NCBI GenBank assembly: GCA_904063045.1
Contig: CAJFCJ010000006.1
Coordinates: forward strand, 372,001 to 436,000
Reading direction: 5' to 3'
Length of the DNA: 64,000 nt
From: Dimorphilus gyrociliatus
Taxonomy: Eukaryota > Animalia > Annelida
Position numbers and translations under genes: made by a program. How positions within the stretch are numbered: the first letter of the stretch is position 1; each line of letters opens with the position of its first letter. Below are positions 51,405-64,000 of the stretch, piece after piece. The notes below the pieces were generated by a model. The model was not told where the DNA came from. It ran no database searches and saw only the letters and a program-made list of their open reading frames with translations.

Positions 51405-54400
51405 TTAGAACGTCAGAGTGGAATCATCCCATTCCAGGTCTTTTCTGGGCTTGCGAAAATTTACGGCACAATCTTCTTGTACTTTGTTTCTGAGACAGGA
51501 GTTGTGATCATCGTCATCGTCATCGTCATCCGTAGAATCATCAGCATTATCGTCTCGGAAGTCGCTTAGCTCTTCTTCGGAAGAATCCGTTTCCATTGCG
51601 GTTCCACGAATAGTATCCAGGTCATAGGCAGCCGCCACCTGCATAAGGGCATAAATGAAAATTTTGAAATAATTCTATTTTTCAATTACTTGAGGAACGC
51701 TGGATTCTTCAAGGGGGTTAACTGTAATATTTAAAGCTGAGTTATCCCATTCCATTTCCGGCTTCTCTTCTTGTACTGATGATCGCGCGTGCGCATTTCT
51801 AATTCTAACTACACCAAGGACAATCATAAATATCAGAAATCCAATGCACACAACGACAATAACTATCATTCCTGAAAAAAGTGATGTCTTTAGTAAAAGA
51901 GTTAATTTATATGTCTCAATTTACCCATGCTAGGTGAATTTTCTCCTATGTAGTGTGTTTTCTGGTTTAGTTTCAGCTCGGAAAAGCGGACGTTCTCCGC
52001 TGATAATTGATTAGCTTTATAGTGATGAACGTCATTCTTTGCATCGGCTATTACGTCCTCGATTTGTTTCTTCTCATCATCGCTTGTAAATTCGGTCTTT
52101 TCTACTTTCTCATCCTCATTAATGGTGACAGTTATTTGGTGGAAATGAGATTTATATTTTCCATTCAACTCTGAACATCTAATATTAAACAATCTTCCAC
52201 TTTTGGACAGGGATTCTGGCTTATCATCCTGGTAGACCATTTTTCGTAAAATTTCAGTATATTTTTCTGGGGTTTCTGTGCCATCTACAACAACACCTTG
52301 CCTAGTTTCGACTACTTTTAAGTTGAGTCTCTGAATTATGTCAGCAGGAAATCTAAAAATTAATAAGAGTTAGCAGATGGCGTTACTTAATCAAAAAATT
52401 AGGTAACCTTATTCTCTCATGCGATAAGTCTAAAGCTGTTTCAGCCTCGACGGTACAAGAATCGATTCGGTACAGATTTTTGGAAATGGCACCTCCCTTT
52501 GAAGAGGTTAGTAGAATTTGAGTTTCATCCAGAAATTTTATCCCAGCCTTTAGATTTTCAGTGATTGTTTCATATGCCACACTTCCGTAAACTCTTATTT
52601 CAGGTATAGTTGACTTTTCAACAACTATAACACCAACGTATTCGGGTAGAGTTTTCTCTCTTCCATCAGCACATCTACAAAATTCCAGTTGTTGAAATTC
52701 CAGTTCATATAGAGAAACATTTTATTCTACTTACTGTATAGCTGTATTCATGAAGAATGTTCTATGACCCGGAGACGGTAAGGTTCTTGGATTCATATAC
52801 ACAACTTTATGAGTTTGCTTTTCTACTGCCTTCACAGTATTGCCAGTAATAGTGATTTCGGTTCTATTGTTGTTAAATCCAACAGTCTGTTATTTTGAAA
52901 AATGTCTGATTTGTAGAGAAAGATTAAACAAGCTATTTGCCTACCATTCCCGTTGCAACATCGTTTAAATCCAAATCGAGTTGCTCGTGACAAGAGTTCA
53001 TACAACGAATGATTTCTTCGTTCTCAGTTGATCCCTTTAGTATTGACATACCAGCCAAATAGCCTCTGAAGAATTGAGCTACTTCTCCTCTACCTGCTTG
53101 ATAGCAGGCTCCAACAAGGAGTCTTGTAGATTTGATCTAGATAACAAGAAAATTAAATAGATCTGTAAATATACAGTATAATACAAGTTTCAACTAACCT
53201 TTTTCGTATAATGTAAGGGCCAATCATCTATAACTTCAGGATTGTCTGCTTCTGATACAAATAAAACGCCATCAACATATAACTGAACTTGAAGAGAGTC
53301 CACGCTAATGGCGTAATGATGCCACTTTCCATCACAAACTTGAGATAAAGTCCAGCGCCATTCAGCTGGTTTGTAAGTGTTTGCATTCTTACTACCAGCT
53401 TCTTCTCTTAAAAGCATAATAAGCTTACAGTTTCGTATGAAAACAGAGTAATGGTGGCGATTCATTGCTAGATTTAGTGATTTAATAAGATTAATAAGCG
53501 AAAAATGCTAATCAGTTTCTGTCATACCTTTAGCATCAGCACTACAAATGAGATGCTCTTTTCGGCCTTTTGAGGCCCATCTTTCGTGCTTCATCCATGT
53601 CATGAATGTAAAATGCATTGGTAAGGTATGATCGATTTTCGACGAGGGAATATCGTAGGATTTAGTTCCGTCAAAATAGAATTCATTATCCGTACCGTCT
53701 GCTGCGGTGGGATTTCCAGTTGTCCAAGATGATATAAGAGGTGTGGGGAGCATATCCTTCTCTTTTTCAGAGGCACCTTATAATAAACAACAAGCTATAA
53801 TCGTCATAATAAAAAACACTGATTATTACCACAAAGTTTTCTCTGGGCATGAATCGAATAAGGATCCATATTACATACTTTCTCAGCTCGACTTGCTCCC
53901 AGGCGAATTTTAGCCACTGTTTTCTTTGACTCACATACATCATCGCAAGTAAATAGCAAAGCATCAGGTGCTAGAAATTTCTTTCCTTCTCCAGGTGTAT
54001 AGTCGATTCTAGACGAAACATCTTTCCACCCCGGCTTACAAATTTGCTTGACTTGAACATTTATTTCAGCGGGCGTGCTTGTTCGAGGGTCATCCCGAGA
54101 ACAATCAGTGGCAGTGACTCCGAAAATGTAATTATGAACTTTAGAGTAGTCCAGAGGTGCAGTGTTGTATAAAACACCTTCATTGGTCACTCCAAAGGGA
54201 ACTCCACCGGTTATAATTTTAAAAGTACAAATATCTCCATTAGAAGAGTGATCTGTGTCGGTAGGCTTTAATTCGAGGACGTTATCAAAGATTTTTCCTT
54301 CCAGTACTTCTATATTATAAACGGTTTTAGGGAATTTTGGAGCTGCTTCGTTTAGATCTTTTATTTTAACAATAATCTTCTCCCTGTTGTTTGATAATAG

Positions 54401-55003
54401 TTATAATTAGAAAAAATAATACATTTCTATTTTTAAGTACATTTCTTTAACAGCCGCCTACAGCTTTCTGTTTTATATTATTGATTTTTCTTTCCTTCCC
54501 TATTTACTAACCTTGGACCGTGTAAATTCGCCGAGCAATCCTTTGCAGCCACTTCGAAAATATACTTATTTTTTCTTTCGAAATCAAGGGGCTCTGACAC
54601 TTTGATATTAGCTTCTCCTGTCCATTCGTCTATAACTTCAACTTCGAAAGGTAATTGCTCATGAGGATGAAGCTGATAGCGATTGTACGAGCAATATCGT
54701 CCTGATGATTAATATAGCATAAAACAATCGACATTATACTTAGTCATTATCATATTTAATATTTAAATTTGTGAATGGCTTACCAGATCCAAAATTAGTA
54801 TGAACTCTAATAGGTTTTTTGAAGTCCAATACAGTTCCGATAGGAGAATTTTCCGGTATAGTTACATGATGACGAGGCATTCGATGGGCTGAAAATAATG
54901 GTTAATAAATGTGACCACTATATGAAAATTACGCACACAAAAAACAGAAAATCGAACGAATGGAATAGTCGTTAATTGCAATTTTTGCCAAATATTTGAG
55001 CAT
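51405..55003 (-). CDS. CLSTN: Calsyntenin (cadherin repeats, LamG-like domain, TM, acidic tail); start exon uncertain
   Basis: Two cadherin repeats (PENSPIG..., DYSKVHNYIFGVTATDC); HFTFMTWMKH; VCDGKWHHYAISVD; TM IVIVVVCIGFLIFMIVLGVVRIR; the two WD motifs EMEWDNSALNITVNPLE and LEWDDSTL. Confidence 0.92.
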
Positions 55004-56480
55004 AACCCAAATTTGGACTCTAGGAAATATATCAATCGATAAATAATTAAAATGACCACTAGAATAACGAAACAGTCAAGACATCCTCTTATTCATACAG
55101 TCGGTAATTTTACTAAATCATAAGTTATGGGACATAAACACAACTATTGTTCGTTTTTAACTCGTCTATATCATATATTTGCTAAAAACTGTCGTGTGCA
55201 AGGTGTATAAGTGTCTAGACTTAAAAAGATGATTCAGCGTCTATTAGACGCCACAGTCATTCACTAACCTATGGTCGAATGTAGACTTAATAGCAGATAA
55301 GTCTGAAGTAGAATTCCACAAACTAAAGATCGCATCATTCTGCAGATTTTTTGACGTCGTCACTTTTGAGACAGCAAATTTGAGATTAGATTCTACAATT
55401 TTAATGTCAGAACCACATTGGTTGCGGGCTTGTTTGCTATGTAAATTAACTTGGCTGTTGCTGTGGCTGTACTCACTCCCATCAAATTTTAGAAAAGGCT
55501 TTTCTACGATAAATTGCACCTGTTCTTTATGAAATTGTTCATATGCCACGAAAGACTAATAATTTACATTATCACACTGCCTTATAAAAACATAATAAAT
55601 AAATATATATAGTGAAAACAAATAAATTCAGGGGGTAGATAAAAACACCGCAGTAATCGTTAAAATGATGTACCGCGTCCATACGATGGAAATCTTGAAA
55701 TGCTAAAGGTGGGTTAATTGAAAATAGTGGTATTTTTATTAAATATTTGGAAATTAAGTTATCATTAGCTAATATTTCTTATAATAATAATAGATATTTT
55801 TACTCTAATAGGACAATGATTATAAATCTTACATAGAGATTACAACAAACTTTAAAAATAATATCTTTTTGCAATATGAGAAGACTGGTGTTTTTTTAAA
55901 ACTATTATTTATTTATTTCAAATATTCTTATGTAAATTTGTGCTATAAAATTGGTTGTTAAATAAAATCAATGTTTTCTTAATATGTCAAAACCTGAAAA
56001 ATTTTTCTCGACATATAATTGGAGATATCTTATTTAAGAATTACTGGTTCTACTTTCTTGTTAAGATAACATGCAATTTATTACCACTCCATCTGCTAAG
56101 CAAGCAGGAAATTACAGATGGTTTCGCTTCTCTTACGCTATACTTCCGTTAGTAAAAAATGAAAACATATAATTTGTTTATATGGCTTGTCTAGTCTTTT
56201 TATCCTGAATCTAATTAATAAATTTTCTTGAAAATACTGTGTAGTTTGACAGGCTTTGAGAAACGTTTACACATAATAAGGAAATTAAAAATACATATCG
56301 GTTAAAATATGAAGGGAAAGTTATTTACTACGACAAATTTATTTGAAACATCCACACTCACTCACGTCATATACATGCTGTAGAGTAAAAAATATTCAGC
56401 ACGTACACGTAAAATACTTTAAATATATGCATATATAGTATACTTTATGTAAAAACAAGTTCGTTTTGCGGTTCGTTTAA

Positions 56481-59400
56481 TCAAGCTAGCCCGAATCCTT
56501 CCGAGCATTCATGTATGGCCAAAAGTAGCATTTTTCGTAATTTGTCGTAAGTTTCATACGCTGGTAGATCAAGTTGATTAAAACTGAAAAATATTCATTG
56601 TCATATGTTTGAATACCATGTACAAATATTTCTTACCAGGTATGAGCACATGGCAATCTTTCTGTCGATCGATCATCTCGATGAACTTGAAATTTTTGTG
56701 TTCCATTCATTCCTTCCAAATGTGCAAAACCCTTTTTTGATTTAAAAAAATATGTGTAAATCATTGACATATTTATTTAAAAATGTAAATTTACCTGTAA
56801 GGGAACTTTTGAAGTTCCTGTGACGAATTGCAAAAATGCGGCACGGTCCGCTTGATCAAAAGATCTTAGAGCCCTCCAAAGCCATTGAATTTGCAAACTG
56901 GTAGCTTCGTATTTATGATATTCAGTGTTTGCTTTTAAATCGTCTATGTCGATATTTGGTAATCCAGAAATTAACAACTCCAGTTCTTGTTCGTTAAAGA
57001 TAGAAATCAGTTTATATGGTATAATTTCGTAAAATCCTTTTAAATATTGCTCTAATTGATCTCTGATGGCAACAGTCATTTTCATCTGGCATACTTTATT
57101 AACATATTCATTCTTATTCTCTTCAGTTACTGGAATGTTTCTTCCATTCTCTATAAGATCACGGACGGTATTTACCCCGTATTCATTTACTTCAGTACTA
57201 AAAGTAAGCTCATAACCCAATTCACTAACGTGATGATTGAGTAGAAATTCCAGTCCTTGATAAAAGCTATAATCTTCGCTCTCCATATCGGTATATTTTA
57301 CAGGTTTTCCCAATAAATGTTTATACAATGATCTAGTAAAATAGCAATCAAGGAGTTTATTGTCATAAATAGCCTTAGCAATCAAACGCCCAACAAATTT
57401 GAAGTAATCCAAGTGATTGGGATTGCCGTAAGACAAAGGATTAATATTGTATGTTACTCTATCAGCTGGGCTTATGGAAAAGAGAGCGTACATTGGATTA
57501 AATATGGCCTTGGAAATAATTTGATACCATTCTCTTAATAAACCACCGGCATCCTGTCCTTCTTCTCCTTCAAAAACTATATAGAATCTATTTTTCCACT
57601 CTTCTGCTCGTTTATTATTTAATTCCTTAAAAGAATCATCAAATACAGATGTTCTTTTAACATGGACGGCCAGATCTTCTCTACGAACGCCCTCATCTAA
57701 ACGCTCAAGTTCTTGACGGAAATATTTACGTTTGACATCAAAATCCAATATTCTGGTATGATGGACAAGAACAGAAAACGGACCATCTGCTAAAGCAATT
57801 GAGGACTGGCGTAAAATTTGGTTTAGAACAGTGCGGTGGCGATCAGCAAACTGCAGGAATTTTTTTGTATCAGAATCCGCATTTTCTGGCAAATGGAATA
57901 GATTTGCAGAATTATCAGTTGTCTCCAAGCTGGCTCGGTCAGATCTTCTTCGATCTCGAATTGTTCCAGGTGTTTTCTCAGGTTCATCGCGATCTCTTGC
58001 ACCTGCATGAACTAAAAAAAATGCTTCCACTGTTGATTGTAAAACAAGTACAGCATGCGGATCTGGTGCCATCGACAAACTAGTTAAACATTCACTAAGA
58101 TTGATCCACAAATTATCTAGTTGAAGAGCATCGCTTAGTTTAACTGTTTCCACTGTGGTATCCATTGACGCTACATTTTCAGCAGTACTAACATCTTTAT
58201 CTGAAGAAAATATAGTATTATTACTTGAAAACTAAAAATAGTATATTAGTATTATACCATTGGTATCTTCTGATTTTTTTTGTTCGCTTTCTTTTTTTTC
58301 TTTCTTTTTGTCAAGAGCTGTTTGTCGTAATTCAATTATGATTTTTAGTAGCCTGAGCAAATAGTGTTGAGATGATCCTTTGCATGTAAGATCAACCATC
58401 GAAGATAAATGTAATTCGCTATGTTGCTTAACGTTTGAAGGTGCATTCAATACAACATTATTTCCAGTGTCAAATCTATTTTCAATTTGCCCTTTAGTTG
58501 AATTGGTTCTTTGAACGGTTTCCTGTATATCTTCGTTGTCATCTTCGGTTTTTAAAGTGACATATTTTCCTAGTTCAGTTCTAAGTTTTCTGATAATCAT
58601 GAGCAAATGATAGTTTTAGACTAAGAACGCACAGAAGTTAATTAGCAACTTACATAATCTGTTCGCACACAACAACACCTAATTGAGCAGCTCCAGAAAG
58701 AAGCAATTTGTCTATCTCTCTATTGATATCTGGATGCATGTTTGAAAGACGAATTAGAACACTAGAAGCATCCGATAAGCCGTCTTCGGAGCAGCATTTG
58801 GAGGTGACAACCTGAATGAAAAAAAGAATAGAGTTACAGCTTGTTAAGAAATTCTTTTATAAGAGTATACATCAATTAGCAGGGCCAATTGAGAAGGTAT
58901 AGGTGCTTTTTCAGACTCCTCTTTCTTCTTTTGTAGAGTATTCGAGGCTGCTGTTTCACTATCAGCAGGTAATTGCTCATCAGTCTTGAACTCTTTTTCT
59001 TGTTTTAGTCCTGGTATAGCATTGGAGATAGTTGATAACAAATGAAGGAGTTTATCAGTCAATGATTGCGATCTTTTAAATATGGGTGTTGACAACATTT
59101 CCATTATTTTCGAAAAAGCACTATCACTAAGGGATGTATTTTCGAAGTCCGACAAGGTATTAGAGTCGGGTGTAATTGTTCGTTGTACATGCTTTCCTTT
59201 ACCTTTTGCAGCACCACTATCTAGCTTAAGCAAACATTCCCAAATATCTAAAGATCTGTTTTGTTGAGGCATAACAGATGATCGTTGATTTAACTCGGGT
59301 AGGAATTGATTTGGGAAGAACTTCGCCAGTGATGTTAACGTTTCAAGAACTTTACGACAGACTGCTGAAGCAGCTTGGGGATGAATAGAAATTGAAGGTT

Positions 59401-62400
59401 GTTTCTTTCCAGTTTGTCGACAGATTTCAAAAACATTTGCTCGACAACCCAAAGCAGCATCTAAAGATAATGATAACCAATTTGCTTTAGAGCCAATCGA
59501 CTCACTACTGTTTGAGGCTTTTCGAAGGACACTAAGAAGAGCAGATACTATCCATTTTCTTGTGGGCGCGTGATAGCTTAAATTTTTTAGAATTTTTTGC
59601 AGCTTGGCAAAATTTAAAGACGACTCGTTGATAAAAAGTAAAATTAACAGACAAGAAAGTGGCTCAGCATCCAACAAATGTTTTCCTCTATTTTTTTCAT
59701 GTAACGCCGAACCTGAAGGGTCATCGGTGTTGTATGGCGGATTTCTGGGACCATGGGCGCTTATATGTCTGTTTCGACGGATACTTGATGAAACATAAGG
59801 ATTTCTACTGCTAGCAATACGTCTAGCAGTCACATTAGCATGACGCAAGAAAGTGGTTAAGCTGTGCGAGTGATCAAATAGTCTCTCTCCAAATAAACGG
59901 CGCTGTTGTTGTTCATAATTCCGTCTGTAAGATGCAGCTTCATTTCTTATATCTTCTGGAAGTTGAACTAGATATGAGTCATCCATATCTGCCAACACCT
60001 GTTGCCTTACTGCTGGAGTTAGGGTGTTGAGGACAGTATTCGCATCAATATCGTCAGGAGGAACTGCAGTTGCTTGTTGAGCCCGTTGGTGAGCTAAAAT
60101 CTCTTCTTGAATGTTAGGAGGTAGTGCCGCTAGAAATTCAGCATTCACAGATGAATTTAAGTCCATGCCTGTTTCTTCCGCTCGTCTTTGTATTCGCTGC
60201 ATTTGTAGTTGATTGTTAATTACTTCCTGACGTATGTCAGATGGTAAAGCCTCAAGAAAAGAAGGATCTATGCCTTCTGGAATACTTGAGCCGGAGTCTG
60301 CTGAAACAGCTGCCATAGCTGATGATACAATATTTGATGCTTGAGCAATTCTATTATCCGTTGATGACGTTTCGGGAGTAGTAGTAGGGCTGAAAATAGA
60401 TGATTTTATCGAAAATAATTTTAGACATCTAATTAAAGTTACTTTGGAGCACTCCATGAAGCACTGGCGGCAGCGCTGTCTATCCTTTCGACATCTACTT
60501 CTTCATCTGCTTCCTCACGTGTTCCAGCTGAATTTATTACCACTTCCCTTCCACTTTCTTCAGGAACTTCTCGGTTACTTTCGATTTGTTCAAGAGCCAT
60601 GTTTTGAGTCGTTTCAATAGGTAAGGCCTCATTAACTATTCTGGACGAAAGACTCCTAAAAAAACATTAAAATTAATAAAAAAAATGTAACGTGGAAGTT
60701 GCTGATTACATTTCCAGAGATTCAGCTGCTTCGCTTCTAATAGGGTCAACTTCAATAACATTTTCTTCAGGCTCTTCCTCACCAATGCTATCCTCTATGC
60801 TACGATCTCCAATATTTATCACTGAGGTGCACATATCTGTACTTTGTTTCTTGTCACCACCATCAGCGGCTAATTTCAATTTTAATCGCTTTTCTCTTCT
60901 ACTGGCGATTTTTAAGTCTCTCTCCCTCTCCAGTTCCCGACTAACGGATTGTGATTTAACTATGAACATTTAAAAAAATGTATTAATAAACCAGTAGAAA
61001 GTTTTGATCTTACTCTGAATTAAGGTATATAAACTATTTGAATCTAGAATTTGAGATGTTTCTCGCCAGCGTGTTAGAGAGGATGGTATTCCTGCTAGGC
61101 TTCCAATACCAGGAATATCGATTTCATCATTATTCTATTAAAAATAGATAAAAATTATAAAATTGATCCATTGAAAAAATTCAACTTTTACCATATCGTC
61201 TGGTGAAGATCGCTGTAGGCGAATAGCATGTGGAGCTAGGGCTGTTAATAGACTTCCTCCTCTTCCAGTGCTGCCTATTACATCTGCTATATGCATAATA
61301 TCAGCGCCAAGTAACCTGTTCAAAGTAAGACATAGTTAAGTTGTTTATACAGTAATCTTTATAAATATACCGTTGCAAAACAGCAGGAGGGTGATCAGGC
61401 GAATAATGAACATGAATTGCGTTAGTACCACTATTATGGGTCAGAACTCTATATCTGAAAATTCTAAATTAAGGAAATCAACTGAAAACAAGAAAAATAC
61501 CTTCGAGCTCGAATTTGTCGATTTACAGCGTTAGCTGCTGAACTAATTCCTGTTCCTCTATTTGAAGTTCTCTGATCTACTGCTGAAGAACCTTGCCGAT
61601 TGAGAATAGGGTGAGATGGTTGGACACTTGTATTTGAACTTGACAACACTAAAAATAACAATTAAGTTTTAAAGCTATAAAATACTTTTCATTTCGCTAC
61701 CTTCATTGGCATTGTCATCAGGACTAATAATAACAGGAAAATTGCGCATACCAACTATACTGTCTATATCTCCTAAAATTAAATTGAATTAAACCTCTGA
61801 TATGTATTTAACACTTATACAAACTAATGTTAAATTCTTCGACGTGAACTTCTTCCAGGGCATCTTCTTCATCTTCTTCCTGTCCTGCTTCCATATCGGA
61901 TCCCTAAAAGAATATATTTTAGCCAATTTTTTAAATCTTTAATAAGTGTACCTCGTCCTCATTATCATCTTCGATTTCCTCATCTTCATCTTCTTCATCA
62001 TGAGCATTTTCCTCTTCTTCATCGTCGGAATCGTCATCGTCGACATCGTCCTCATCAGAATGATGTTCCTCCTCCTCTATCATGAATGAATCTGCTCCTG
62101 TCTCACCGTCATTCTCGTGAACATTTTCATTGTTTCCTTCTAAAGTTTCTTCATGAGCATCCTCTTCCATTTCATCATCATTGTCTTCGTCATCATCTTC
62201 ATCATTGTGATGACGAGGTGTGGAAGATGCAGAAATGATAACATCTCCGATAATTTCATTACCTTCAGGTTCATCTCCCACAACATCTTGTAATATATCT
62301 TCAATGAGTTCTTCGAGTCCTTCAGCAGCTTCATTCTATAACAATATTATATATAGAAATATAAGTGACATATTCAATTTTGTCTTCGTTACCGTTTCTG

Positions 62401-64000
62401 AAACATTCATGACAGTTCCATCTGTTGGATCAACTGCGAGCGTTGTATCGGGACCTTCTTCTTCGGCTGTCGGTTCAACATCCAACCTCGAGCTATCACC
62501 TTCCTGAGGAATCGATTGATTTTCCTCTGTTGTGACTGCTAATTCGGTATTTGAACGTCTTGTTTTTGGCTTTTTTGAAGTTGCTGCAGTTGTCTGAGGC
62601 TGATTAACAAGTCTAGTTAGCAATTCAAGTGGACGAAGTGCTTGATTTATCGTTGGAACCAAGTATCGTCCTGATAAATCTAAAGAATGAACTATTCTAG
62701 CCAAATCGACAACAAGATTTTTCTTAACTAGTAGCTTCACTATATTAGACATTCCTCCCGTTTGCTTCTGATCGATGAAGAGGGACCGGCCTCCTCCGGG
62801 TAAACTGCTACTCGGTGGTGGACAAGCATCAATAGCTGTATTTATAAGCGAACAAAGTGCCTGCATATTTTCATGCTTCGCTCGGCTCTCTGGCATAACA
62901 ACGGCTTTTTGAAGACTAATTTTCAGTTCGTTTACTAAACAACTCTGAGCCTCAGGCACATGTGAACAGGAAGCAATACAGGCCACAAGAGTTCGTACAA
63001 GTGGATTACATTCCCGAATATTTGTTTTATCATTACTTGCACCTTCCACTGTTAGTAGTTCGTTCAGAGCATATGATAATACTGAACAGTCCTAAAAGCA
63101 AAATAAATTGTTTAAAATTCTTCTATTTATGTAGTACAAACTTTTCCTGAAGATTGATCAGTGACTAGATAAACGCATGGAGTATACGCTCTTACAATTT
63201 CAGCAATCAGGCATAGTAATGAACCTTTATTAAACATGTATTCAAACTTGCTGTCGTTTTCGATAGTTGAATCTTCAACATTCATTGGAGTTGCTAAAAT
63301 TAAAAGAAGTTATTTAAACAATAAAGGAAATATGATTGTACCTTCTGAGTTATTTTCAAGAAGCATTCTTTTCATAGTGAAGAATATATCTATGATAAAT
63401 TTGGAATCCGCTTTTGCAAGCTCATTTTTGTTTGGAAGAGGATTTTTCACCTCCAAGCATTGAGGCTGGTTGGTGGTATGTAATTTTGCCTCATCTTCTT
63501 CTAGAATATAAAAAATGATAGAGCTTTGTATAATTTTTAGGTTTTTTACCTTTACTTATCAATGGTAAAGCTATGCAGAGTAATTGCTGAGCAGTACGGT
63601 CGAATGCTTCTTCATTTCGAGCGCAAGCTGGGGCTAAACAACGTAATATGCAGTACATTTCTTTCTTAGGTATGCCTCCAAAGTCCATATTTTGAGATGA
63701 AGCAACAGCAGATTTTATAACTTTTTCCATCGTGTGCTTCATGAGAACTTCATCATGTTCCAAGACATGACGAATGATCAGTGTACTCATTGTTATGAAT
63801 CCTTGGAAAGGTGGTTTAACGGAACGAAGATTTAGCAGTAGCTTTACGCCATCTTCATTATAAAATTCCAAAGCATGATCTTTTTGACGTGTAACTCTCA
63901 AAATTAATCTTGTAACAGCATTTAATAATGACTCGTCAATATTATCACGTTTCCGTAAGATATGTAGCATTGCTCTAGATTCATAATTTCAATCAATCAA
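56481..64000 (-). CDS. HUWE1: HECT E3 ubiquitin ligase HUWE1, 3' portion (gene continues beyond the window end)
   Basis: UBM repeats [20 protein letters not shown] and [18 protein letters not shown]; [14 protein letters not shown]; [15 protein letters not shown]; [11 protein letters not shown]|[10 protein letters not shown]; LPCAHTC|FNQLDLPAY...ECSEGFGLA* with TGA at 56483-56481. Confidence 0.95.

Noticed and set aside
61931-62281. GAT/GAA-rich tract as a tandem repeat or separate gene
   Set aside because: It is the Asp/Glu-rich region expected within HUWE1. The same applies to the poly-Asp in the calsyntenin tail at about 51510-51530.

Overview
Eukaryotic (animal) nuclear DNA, not prokaryotic. 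It is AT-rich and very gene-dense, with mostly 50-70 nt GT-AG introns, intergenic gaps often under 500 bp, and several head-to-head gene pairs. The gene content (FMRFamide-receptor-like GPCRs, rolling stone-like protein, spliced class I fumarase, calsyntenin, BAP1, HUWE1) and the compaction suggest a lophotrochozoan with a miniaturised genome such as the annelid Dimorphilus gyrociliatus; this is inference, not verified. Gene order: peptide-GPCR(+), Olig bHLH(+), ILVBL(-), cathepsin D(-) with a second candidate terminal exon, MFSD3(-), RAD1(+), Mitf/TFE(+) with two candidate first exons, divergent GPCR(-), intronless PLP-dependent dehydratase(+), TNF-family ligand(-), ENTPD5/6(-), MRPL46(+), rolling stone-like(-), NEK4(+), DNAJC16(-) carrying a nested antisense GH18 chitinase(+), BAP1(+), two tandem monoglyceride lipases(+), mitochondrial Fe-S class I fumarate hydratase(-), a decayed FAMeT-domain repeat region, an ankyrin-repeat protein(-), calsyntenin(-), and the 3' part of HUWE1(-). 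The strongest new observation is a duplicated, in-phase alternative last exon for cathepsin D that would swap the lysosomal proline-loop C-terminus for a version without the proline loop. No tRNA, rRNA, CRISPR array or intact transposon was recognised by eye. Exon boundaries were built manually from GT/AG context and reading phase; all homology calls rest on remembered family motifs, not database searches.
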